Shown in pieces: positions 56,833 through 64,000 of a stretch of 64,000 nt of DNA (positions are counted from its first letter, which is position 1; each line of letters begins with the position of its first letter). Origin of the DNA: Mycobacteriales bacterium. GTDB lineage: Bacteria > Actinomycetota > Actinomycetes > Mycobacteriales > QHCD01. The notes under the pieces were generated by a model. That model was not told the DNA's origin and made no database searches. It was given only the letters and a program-made list of their open reading frames with translations. Location: the NCBI GenBank assembly GCA_038253135.1, contig JBBSHJ010000003.1:5323-69322 (forward strand), in the 5' to 3' direction. The translations under genes were made by a program, and so were the position numbers.

Positions 56833-56899
56833 CATCTCATCTGCGGTGCATCTCCGTGGGTATCTCCGTGGGTATCTCCCTGGGGCATCTCCTTGGGAG
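56833..56899 (+). repeat. imperfect tandem array of a 12-13-nt unit (ATCTCCnTGGGn), 4-5 copies
   Basis: CATCTCATCTGCGGTG CATCTCCGTGGGT ATCTCCGTGGGT ATCTCCCTGGGGC ATCTCCTTGGGAG. It lies in the 141-nt gap between the yceI stop and the helD-like start. The last unit forms the palindrome TCTCC-ttg-GGAGA. Confidence 0.8.
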
Positions 56900-56936
56900 A
56901 CGAGCCGTGAGGCCGCGGACCCGGCAGAATGGTCTG

Positions 56937-59135
56937 ATGCCCGAAATCGAGCCGAGCGCTCCGCCCGCCCCGGACGGAGCGCTGGCCGCTGAACTGGAGG
57001 TCGAGCAGCGCTACATCGACGCCGTGTACGAACGGGTCGACGAGCTCCGCACCGAAGCGGCCGCCCTGGCGGTGGAGGGTCACGGCCGAGCGACGCTGGG
57101 CAAGCACATCTACTCGGCCCTGTTCGAGCGTGACGCGCTGGTCTTCCAGGCCGCGCGACGGGCCCACGAACTCGACGCCGCGCACGAGGGCCTGATCTTC
57201 GGGCGGCTCGATCTCGACACCGGCGACACGCGCTACATCGGACGGCTGGGTCTGCGGGACGCCGACTTCGAGCCGATCGCCCTCGACTGGCGGGCACCGG
57301 CGGCGGCCCCGTTCTACCGCGCGACCGCCCGCGACCGACACGGCGTGATCCGGCGGCGCGTGATCGATTGCCGGCGCGAGCGGGTGGTCGGCATCGATGA
57401 CGACCTCCTCGCCCCCGAGAAGGCACCCCAAGGCATGCGGGTCATCGGCGATGGCGCGCTGATGGCAGCGCTCAGTCGCGCTCGCACCGGCAGCATGCGG
57501 GACATCGTTGCCACGATCCAGGCCGAGCAGGACGAGATCATCCGAGCCTCGCCGGACGGCGCGACCCTCATCACGGGTGGCCCCGGCACCGGCAAGACGG
57601 CGGTCGCGCTGCACCGCGCGGCGTACCTCCTCTATGCGGACCGCCGCCGGTTCGAGCGGGGCGGCGTGCTGATCGTCGGGCCGTCGTCGGCCTTCATGCA
57701 GTACATCGAGCGGGTGCTGCCCTCGCTCGGCGAGTCCACGGCGACGCTGCGCTCGACCGGAAGCCTGATCGACGGGCTGCGGGCCGATCGCTTCGATGAG
57801 GGCCGGCTTGCCATGATCAAGGGATCGCTCGCCATGCGGGCGGTGCTGCGGCGGGCGGCGGCCATCATGCCGGTCGGGGTGCCGGACCGATTGCGCGTCG
57901 TCTACCGCGGGTCCGTGCTCACCCTGGACGCCGCGGCGTTGGAGGCCGTACGGCGCTCGGTGCTCTCGCACGACCGCCGGCTCAACGTCGCCCGTAACTC
58001 GGCCGAGCGGGCGCTGGCCGGCGATCTGTGGCGGGGCTACGCGGCCAACGGCTTCGACACCGCCGCCGAGGAGTCCGATTTTGCCGCCGAGCTGGCCGAC
58101 CGAGGCGATCTCGCCGACTTCGTCACCGAGTGGTGGCCGGCCGTCGACGCGGTCATGGTGCTGGCCGGGCTCGCCGACCCCGAGCGGCTGGCTCGGTGCG
58201 CCGGCCGCGAGCTTCGGGGCGAGGACATTCCCGCCCTGGCCGACTCGTTCAAGACGCTGGCAGCCGGAGGGTCGCCGACGGTCGCCGACGTCGCGCTCAT
58301 CGACGAGCTCACTCCCATGCTGGGCCGGCCGGCGGAAACGAGAACAGCTGATCCGAGGACCGACGCCGACGCGGATTGGGAGGCGCTGGCCGAGTCCGAC
58401 GCCGCCTTCGGCCCGGCGACCCCGACGGGAGGCAGGCTGCTGTTCCCCGAGATCGACGATGAGCAGTACGCCCACATCGTCGTGGACGAGGCCCAGGACG
58501 TCTCGCCGATGCAGTGGCGCGCCCTCGGGCGCCGGGGCCGGCGGGCCAGCTGGACCGTCGTCGGTGACCCGCTGCAATCGTCGTGGGCTGACACCGGCGA
58601 GGCCGAAACGGCCATGTCCGGCGCCCTGCGCCGATCCGAGCGACGGGGCTACCGGCTCGACGTGAACTACCGGAACCCCGAGGAGATCTTCGCCCTCGCC
58701 GCGCAGGTGATCCGGATCCGTCAGCCCGACGTCGCGCTGCCCCGCGCGGTCCGCTCGACCGGCGCCGAGCCGGTCCAGGTGCACACCGCCACCGACGTAC
58801 TCGACCGGGACGTCGCCGCGGCCGTCGCCGTGGTGAGCGCCGACGTCGAGGGCGACGTCGGCGTCATCGTGCCGGCCTCCCTGTACGACGCGGCCAGGCG
58901 CTGGCTGCAGCCACGCCGCGGTGGGCGGGTCCGCGTCGTCGAGGCGGTCGAGGCGAAGGGCCTTGAATTCGACGGCGTGGTCGTGGTCGAGCCGGCGGCG
59001 ATCGGGTCACAGGTCGGCATGGGCGATCACCTTCTCTATGTGGCCCTGACCCGCGCGACGCAGCGCCTGACGGTCGTGAGCACCGACCCGGCCTGGCTGG
59101 ACCGGCTCGCGGGCGTCGCCATGCTCGCCGATTAG
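56937..59135 (+). CDS. HelD-like UvrD-family ATPase (RNA-polymerase-associated helicase-like protein)
   Basis: Track ORF 56856..59135; start MPEIEPSAPP (GTG 56907 is an alternative). N-terminal coiled segment LEVEQRYIDAVYERVDELR, Walker A GGPGTGKTAVALHRAAYL, VVDEAQDVSP, and C-terminal KGLEFDGVVVVEP...LYVALTRATQRL. Confidence 0.8.
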   Translation: MPEIEPSAPPAPDGALAAELEVEQRYIDAVYERVDELRTEAAALAVEGHGRATLGKHIYSALFERDALVFQAARRAHELDAAHEGLIFGRLDLDTGDTRYIGRLGLRDADFEPIALDWRAPAAAPFYRATARDRHGVIRRRVIDCRRERVVGIDDDLLAPEKAPQGMRVIGDGALMAALSRARTGSMRDIVATIQAEQDEIIRASPDGATLITGGPGTGKTAVALHRAAYLLYADRRRFERGGVLIVGPSSAFMQYIERVLPSLGESTATLRSTGSLIDGLRADRFDEGRLAMIKGSLAMRAVLRRAAAIMPVGVPDRLRVVYRGSVLTLDAAALEAVRRSVLSHDRRLNVARNSAERALAGDLWRGYAANGFDTAAEESDFAAELADRGDLADFVTEWWPAVDAVMVLAGLADPERLARCAGRELRGEDIPALADSFKTLAAGGSPTVADVALIDELTPMLGRPAETRTADPRTDADADWEALAESDAAFGPATPTGGRLLFPEIDDEQYAHIVVDEAQDVSPMQWRALGRRGRRASWTVVGDPLQSSWADTGEAETAMSGALRRSERRGYRLDVNYRNPEEIFALAAQVIRIRQPDVALPRAVRSTGAEPVQVHTATDVLDRDVAAAVAVVSADVEGDVGVIVPASLYDAARRWLQPRRGGRVRVVEAVEAKGLEFDGVVVVEPAAIGSQVGMGDHLLYVALTRATQRLTVVSTDPAWLDRLAGVAMLAD

Positions 59136-59145
59136 AGTCGCCACC

Positions 59146-59685
59146 ATGTCCGACGCCGCACCGCCGCCCGCGGGCCGCGCCCCGACCGTTCGGTCGGTTG
59201 CCGACGACCTGTACGACGCCTTCCTGGCGGCGATCCGCGGCCGGGCCCGCTTCGGTCGGGTAGATCGCCTCGACGACCGGACCGTGCGGGTGTTCGAGGA
59301 CGTCGCTACCGCCGGTCAGTCGGCCCGCCCTAGCGCCCGCTCCGTGCCGCGCGGCGCGCCCATGACGGTCCGCGTCCTCACGCCGGACCGCCTGCGGATC
59401 GAGATCGGCGAGCTGGGCACGGCCAGCATCGGCTGCGCGGGCGCGACCGTGGCAGAGCGGTCCGCAGCGACGGCGATCGAGGCTGTGGAGTGGCTCGACG
59501 CGGTACTCGACGGGCGGGTGCGTGAGACCTTCGTCGTCCTCGACGGCACCAGGAGCGAGTCCCGGCTGGTGATCACGTGGCGGGACGGGACGCGGACCCG
59601 GATCGCGACCCCCGGCATCGCTCGGGCCGAAGCCGAGACACACCAGCGCCTGCATGCGCGTTTTCCCCGCTATGCCGGCAGCTGA
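59146..59685 (+). CDS. hypothetical protein (179 aa) directly following helD-like
   Basis: 179-aa track ORF. It has high GC3 in frame and starts 10 nt after the helD-like stop. I recognise no motif. Confidence 0.5.
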   Translation: MSDAAPPPAGRAPTVRSVADDLYDAFLAAIRGRARFGRVDRLDDRTVRVFEDVATAGQSARPSARSVPRGAPMTVRVLTPDRLRIEIGELGTASIGCAGATVAERSAATAIEAVEWLDAVLDGRVRETFVVLDGTRSESRLVITWRDGTRTRIATPGIARAEAETHQRLHARFPRYAGS

Positions 59686-59948
59686 CGGCGGCCCGGATCC
59701 GGCGGCCGTTCGCGCGCCGTCGGGGCATCTCAATCGCCACAAATCGGGGCGGACATGTTCAGATGCCGCGGCCGCCGTTCTCCGGATAGAATGATCCCTA
59801 CGTGACCCCGAAGTGTGCGGTCACGCATGTGGCCGGGGGACCGAACAAACGCTGGGGGGACCAGCAGGTCCACTTGCACTATGGGCTGCCAAGCTGTTCA
59901 AAGTGCCGGTGCGGAGGAGTCTTGCTCGACCGCGCGGACGGAGACGAC

Positions 59949-60689
59949 ATGACAGAGCTAGCGCTGCCGCCACTGACCGGATTTCGGGCCGGGTATTTCG
60001 CGACCGAGTCGGGATGCTATGTGATTGTGACAACGCCGGCGGCTCGTCCCGATCTGTGGTCCGAATACCTCCGCGGCGCTCTTCAGACATACCGGGGTTT
60101 CGGTGTGGAGCAGGCGTTGGATTACCCGGCCACGGCGACCGGCAGGAGCACGTCGATCTTTTTTGTGGCCCTCGACGAGCGCGGCGACGTGGTCGCCGGC
60201 TCTCGGGTGCAGGGACCGATGGAGCTCCCGGATGATGCGCACGTCACCACCGAGTGGTCCGAGGCAGAGGACCGGCGCCGGCTGCGCCACCGGCTCGCGG
60301 CGCGCATCCCGCAGGGCGTGATCGAGATGCGGGCGGGTTGGGTCGACAAGCGGTCACCCGCGAAGCACGCGCTCGGGTCGGTAATCGCCCGCTCGGTCAT
60401 CCATTCGCTGCATCTGCTCGACGTCCGGTACGCCGTCTGCTCGGCAGCGACCCACGCGCTGTCCCGATGGACCACGACGGGAGGTCACATCGACGAGACG
60501 GTTGAGCCGGCGGCCTACCCGGACGATCGCTACTTGAGCTCGCTGATGTGGTGGGACTCGACCACCTTCGCCGACCGGGCATCGGCCGACCAGCTCTCGT
60601 CGCTGCTCGATGAAAGGGCGCAGCTGGAAGGGGCCGACTCCCACGCCGGACTCGGTGTCCGCTCCCGAGCCCTGGGTGCAGCCGCCTGA
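59949..60689 (+). CDS. hypothetical protein, 246 aa (position equivalent to M. tuberculosis Rv1356c)
   Basis: Track ORF 59802..60689; I prefer ATG 59949 (MTELALPPLTGFRAGYF). The stop overlaps the next start (TGATG). GC3 is lower than in neighbouring genes. I see only a vague GNAT/autoinducer-synthase-like pattern (FFVALDERGDVVAGSRVQGP...IEMRAGWV), which is not a firm assignment. Confidence 0.6.
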   Translation: MTELALPPLTGFRAGYFATESGCYVIVTTPAARPDLWSEYLRGALQTYRGFGVEQALDYPATATGRSTSIFFVALDERGDVVAGSRVQGPMELPDDAHVTTEWSEAEDRRRLRHRLAARIPQGVIEMRAGWVDKRSPAKHALGSVIARSVIHSLHLLDVRYAVCSAATHALSRWTTTGGHIDETVEPAAYPDDRYLSSLMWWDSTTFADRASADQLSSLLDERAQLEGADSHAGLGVRSRALGAAA

Positions 60690-62827
60690 TGGAGGCCGCT
60701 CCGGCGGCGTACGGCGTCGAGATCCTCGATCCGGCCGAGCCCGCCGATCTCGCTCGCATCACCGAGCTGCGCACCGCGCCGACCCTCGAGGTCGTCGACC
60801 ACGCCGCCGACCAGCGCCGCGAGTTGGAGACGGTCCGACCCGCACCGAGCGCCGAGTTGCTGAACGAGCCGATGCGCTGGGTCCACTACCCCTGGCGGCG
60901 GGCCCTCGTGTCTGTGGTGGGTCCGAGGTCCTATCGGACATTGCGTCTGGACCGCAACCGGAACAAGATCACAGGCGCTGAGCAGCAGCGCTTTTCGGAG
61001 ATGACGATCGGCGTCGTTGGCCTGAGTGTGGGGCATGCGATTGCCCACACCATCGCGCTCGAGGGCTTGTGCGGTGCCCTGCGTCTCGCCGACTTCGACT
61101 GTGTCGAGCTGTCGAATTTGAACCGAATTCCGGGAACAGTTTTCGACCTCGAGGTGAACAAGGCGACCGTTGCCGCCCGCCGAATTGCGGAGCTGGATCC
61201 CTATCTCTCCGTAACCGTTTTCCCGGCCGGAGTGACTGAGGATGACGTCGACCAATTCCTCTTCGGTTTGGATATCGTGATCGAGGAATGTGACTCGCTG
61301 GACGTCAAAGTCCTCGTGCGTGACAGGGCGCGCGGATTGCGCATTCCGGTGATGATGGAGACGAGCGATCGCGGCCTAATCGACGTCGAGCGGTTCGATC
61401 TCGAGCCGGACCGCCCGCTGTTTCACGGGCTCGCGGGCGACCTCGACCACGCCACACTGCGGGGCCTGACCAACCAGCAGAAGGTGCCGCACGTGCTGCG
61501 GATCGTCGACGCAGCCGGACTCTCGCCCCGGATGGCCGCGTCGATGGTCGAGATCGACGAGACGCTCACCACGTGGCCGCAGCTCGGTAGCGACGTCGCC
61601 CTCGGTGGCGCGACCGTCGCCACCATCGTGCGCCGAATCGGTCGCGGCGAGCCGATGCCGTCCGGCCGGCTGCATGTCGATCTGGACGCGCGGCTCGACG
61701 ACCTGGTTCAGCCGCCGCTGCGGCAGGGGACGCACGCCGAGGACGGCGAGGAGCTCCACCACGCGCCGGCCGAACCACACGCGGCCGTCGTACACGCCGC
61801 TCGGCTCGCGCCGTCGGGCGGCAATGTGCAGCCGTGGTGGTTCGAGGACGATCCGGACGAGTTCCGGATCGCGCTCGCTGCCGACCGCACCTCCGCCATG
61901 GATGTGGCCTTTCGCGGCAGCTACGTGGCCATCGGTGCAGCGCTGCTCAATGCCCGCGTCGCGGCCGCGCGGCACGGGGTGCTCGGTCCGGCCGCGATTC
62001 CCGCGCACGATCACGGATACGTGGCGACGATGCGGTACGCCACCGGGTCCGACGACGATCTCGCCGGCCTGTACGACGCCATGCTGGCCCGCTCGGCCAA
62101 CCGGCGGCCCGGGGACGGGCGCCCGCTCGACCGTTCGGTCGAGCCGGCGCTGCGCGCCGCGGCCGAGGCCGAGACCGGCCGGCTGCATCTGATCACCGAT
62201 CGAGCGGTCATCGAGCAATGCGCGGAGCTGCTGGGCCGCAGCGACCGCATCCGCTTCCTCACCCCGCTGCTGCACGGCCAGATGATGAGCGAGCTCAGGG
62301 TCCCCGGCGTCGACTCGCTCTCCACCGGCCTCGACGTCAGGACGATGGAGCTTGATGAGGCCGACCTCGCCAAGCTCGAGATCGCTCGCCGCGCCGACGC
62401 GATGGCGCGCCTGGCCGAATGGAATGCCGGCAGCGCACTCGGCTACCCGACCCGCGACCGGGTGCGGTCGAGCTCGGCGCTCGCCGTGGTGACCGTTGCC
62501 GGCGCGTCGCCCGCCGATTTCGTCCGGGGCGGGAGCGCGGTCGAACGGCTGTGGATCACGGCCGAGACGCTCGGCCTGGCCGTGCAGCCGGTGTCCCCCG
62601 TCTTCATCTTCGCGCTCGACCGGTCCGACGCTGCCCGGATGTCGGGCCAGTTCGTCGACGAGATGGAACAGCTCCGCAACACCTTCCGCAGCGCCGCCGG
62701 TCTGCCGGATGATGAATACATGGCCCTGGTTCTGCGGCTCGGCCACGCCCCGCCGCCCGGTTTCCGGAGCCGCCGGCTCCCGGCGGATCAGGTCGTGCGG
62801 TCCGGCTCGGCGGCTGGGCTGTCATGA
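60689..62827 (+). CDS. Rv1355c(MoeY)-family protein: ThiF/E1-like domain fused to an Acg-type tandem nitroreductase-like module
   Basis: 712-aa track ORF. E1-like Rossmann TIGVVGLSVGHAIAHTIALEG...LADFDCVELSNLNRIPG...VIEECDSLDVKV. C-terminal half AARLAPSGGNVQPWWFEDD...YVAIGAALLNARVAAARHG...VERLWITAETLGLAVQPVSP. Confidence 0.8.
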   Translation: MEAAPAAYGVEILDPAEPADLARITELRTAPTLEVVDHAADQRRELETVRPAPSAELLNEPMRWVHYPWRRALVSVVGPRSYRTLRLDRNRNKITGAEQQRFSEMTIGVVGLSVGHAIAHTIALEGLCGALRLADFDCVELSNLNRIPGTVFDLEVNKATVAARRIAELDPYLSVTVFPAGVTEDDVDQFLFGLDIVIEECDSLDVKVLVRDRARGLRIPVMMETSDRGLIDVERFDLEPDRPLFHGLAGDLDHATLRGLTNQQKVPHVLRIVDAAGLSPRMAASMVEIDETLTTWPQLGSDVALGGATVATIVRRIGRGEPMPSGRLHVDLDARLDDLVQPPLRQGTHAEDGEELHHAPAEPHAAVVHAARLAPSGGNVQPWWFEDDPDEFRIALAADRTSAMDVAFRGSYVAIGAALLNARVAAARHGVLGPAAIPAHDHGYVATMRYATGSDDDLAGLYDAMLARSANRRPGDGRPLDRSVEPALRAAAEAETGRLHLITDRAVIEQCAELLGRSDRIRFLTPLLHGQMMSELRVPGVDSLSTGLDVRTMELDEADLAKLEIARRADAMARLAEWNAGSALGYPTRDRVRSSSALAVVTVAGASPADFVRGGSAVERLWITAETLGLAVQPVSPVFIFALDRSDAARMSGQFVDEMEQLRNTFRSAAGLPDDEYMALVLRLGHAPPPGFRSRRLPADQVVRSGSAAGLS

Positions 62828-64000
62828 CCGCCGCCCAGCGACCACGCAATCTCGACGAGCTCGTCGTCGCGGTCGCATCCCTGCTCATGCCGGTGCAATC
62901 CGACCAGGTCACGGCGACCTATCAAGAGGTCCTGCACACCCTGGTCGATTTCCTGGGCGTCGACACCAGCTTCCTGCGACGTAACGACCACGAGCAAGGC
63001 GTCAGCATTCTGCTCGCGGAATGGCCCCCGCGCCGCGACGTGCCCGACCCCGACCCGCTCGGGGTCGTGCCGTTCGAGGGCAGTGACCCGATCTTCGCCG
63101 CCAGCAAAGACCTGCAGGAGCCGCTGATCGTGCGGCCCGGCGCGGCGATGGAGTACGAGGACCGCGTGCAGGAGGCCTCCGGCATCCCGGCCGCGACGGT
63201 GGTCGGGATCCCGCTCCTTGGTCCTGAGGGCACCATGGGTGCGCTCGGTCTGGTCAAGTTCGGCGACCGCGACTACAACACCCGGGAGATCAACGCCCTC
63301 ACGGCGATCGGATCGCTGATCGCGCAGGCGGGACGGCGTACGCAGGCGGAACAGCACGTGCGGTACGTCGCCTTCCACGACGATCTCACCGGGCTCGCCA
63401 ACCGGCGCGGGCTGACCGGACTGCTCGAGGAGCGGCTCGGTCCGGGCGCCGAGGCGCCGGTCACCGTCATGCACATCGACGTCGACCGCTTCAAGGCGGT
63501 CAACGAATTCATCAGCCAGGCCGCGGGCGATCAGTACCTGCGCGGGCTGGCCCGACGGTTCGAGATCGCGCTGCCGACCGGTGCGATCGCGGCCCGGCTC
63601 TCCGGTGACGAGTTCGTGGTCGTCTTCGCCGAACCGCTCGATGACGACGCCGCGTCCGAGCTGGCCACCTCGGTGCTGCTCCCGATCGGTTCCGCGATCC
63701 GGGCCGGCGGTCAGGAGGTCGGTCGCACGGTCAGCGTCGGCGTCGCCTCCGCCGTGCCGGGCGAGGCCGGGGCATCAGAGCTACTGAGCACGGCCGCGCA
63801 GGCGGCTCGGGCGGCCAAGGCGCAGGGTGGCGACGCGGTCCGCGTCTTCACGCGGGAGATGCGGGCCCAGGTCCGGGTCCGCAACGACATCGAGCTGGGG
63901 CTGGGTGCCGCGATCGAGAACGGCGATCTGCGGCTCCAGTTCCAGCCCGAAGTGGATCTGCGCGACGGCCGTCTCGTCGGCGCCGAGGCGCTGGTGCGCT
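62824..64000 (+). CDS. GAF-GGDEF(SGDEF)-EAL cyclic-di-GMP turnover protein, 5' part (runs off window end)
   Basis: Not in the track (no stop in the window). ATG 62824 overlaps the previous stop (ATGA). Own translation: MTAAQRPRNLDELVVAV... with a GAF-like segment (MGALGLVKFGDRDYNTREINALTAIGSLIAQ). GGDEF domain FHDDLTGLANRRGL...HIDVDRFKAVNE...ARLSGDEFVVVF. EAL start LRLQFQPEVDLRDGRLVGAEALVR. Confidence 0.85.
   Translation, partial: MTAAQRPRNLDELVVAVASLLMPVQSDQVTATYQEVLHTLVDFLGVDTSFLRRNDHEQGVSILLAEWPPRRDVPDPDPLGVVPFEGSDPIFAASKDLQEPLIVRPGAAMEYEDRVQEASGIPAATVVGIPLLGPEGTMGALGLVKFGDRDYNTREINALTAIGSLIAQAGRRTQAEQHVRYVAFHDDLTGLANRRGLTGLLEERLGPGAEAPVTVMHIDVDRFKAVNEFISQAAGDQYLRGLARRFEIALPTGAIAARLSGDEFVVVFAEPLDDDAASELATSVLLPIGSAIRAGGQEVGRTVSVGVASAVPGEAGASELLSTAAQAARAAKAQGGDAVRVFTREMRAQVRVRNDIELGLGAAIENGDLRLQFQPEVDLRDGRLVGAEALVR

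Noticed and set aside
56833-56899. The tandem repeat array, considered as a possible CRISPR or minisatellite-encoded peptide (GDTHGDTHGD in the antisense ORF).
   Set aside because: The units are contiguous with no spacers, only 12-13 nt long, and lie outside any credible ORF. There are no cas genes. It is kept only as a regulatory or slippage candidate.
56796-56936. Rifamycin-associated element (RAE) upstream of the helD-like gene.
   Set aside because: I found no GC-rich ~19-bp inverted repeat of the RAE type in this gap, so I make no rifamycin-resistance (HelR) claim.
59802-59948. N-terminal extension of the first operon gene (GTG 59802, MTPKCAVTHVAGGPNKRW...CSKCRCGG), considered as a possible leaderless start after the TAGAAT box.
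   Set aside because: The extension has poor codon bias, overlaps a hairpin, and the -10 to GTG spacing (9 nt) is off for a leaderless transcript. ATG 59949 is preferred. TSS mapping would settle this.

Overview
Very GC-rich actinobacterial chromosomal window; third codon positions are almost all G/C, and most long ORFs in the six-frame track are Arg/Pro/Gly-rich shadow frames. I support about 60 protein genes or pseudogenes, 3 tRNAs (Ser-UGA, Ser-GCU, Arg-ACG) and 2 riboswitches. From the left: a partial GH78 rhamnosidase; a 10-gene polyol locus (SorC regulator, Zn-dehydrogenase, CUT1 ABC transporter with two different ATPases, two-domain dihydroxyacetone-type kinase, RpiB-type isomerase) that best fits erythritol/threitol-type catabolism; an FtsX/ABC export module with a lipoprotein and a convergently overlapping histidine kinase and response regulator; an 884-aa UxaA-family protein followed on the same strand by a SpoU/TrmH methyltransferase; a processive GT2 synthase with a 55-aa membrane peptide; an Rpf-LysM gene behind a c-di-AMP (ydaO-type) riboswitch, back-to-back with a SAM-IV riboswitch driving a class-V PLP enzyme; a zone of gene decay downstream of tRNA-Arg (nonsense, frameshifted and deleted genes) ending at a DUF222/HNH gene; a heterodimeric ABC exporter pair; sthA; a MarR/YceI pair; and a HelD-like ATPase preceded by a tandem 12-13-mer array. 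The best candidate for an undescribed system is at the right end: a translationally coupled operon of an unassigned 247-aa protein, an E1(ThiF)-like/Acg-type nitroreductase fusion (Rv1355c/MoeY family) and a GAF-SGDEF-EAL c-di-GMP enzyme. No CRISPR array, transposase or integrase was seen. Coordinates of starts inside track ORFs were checked for frame consistency against the track. All homology statements rest on motif recognition by eye, not on searches.
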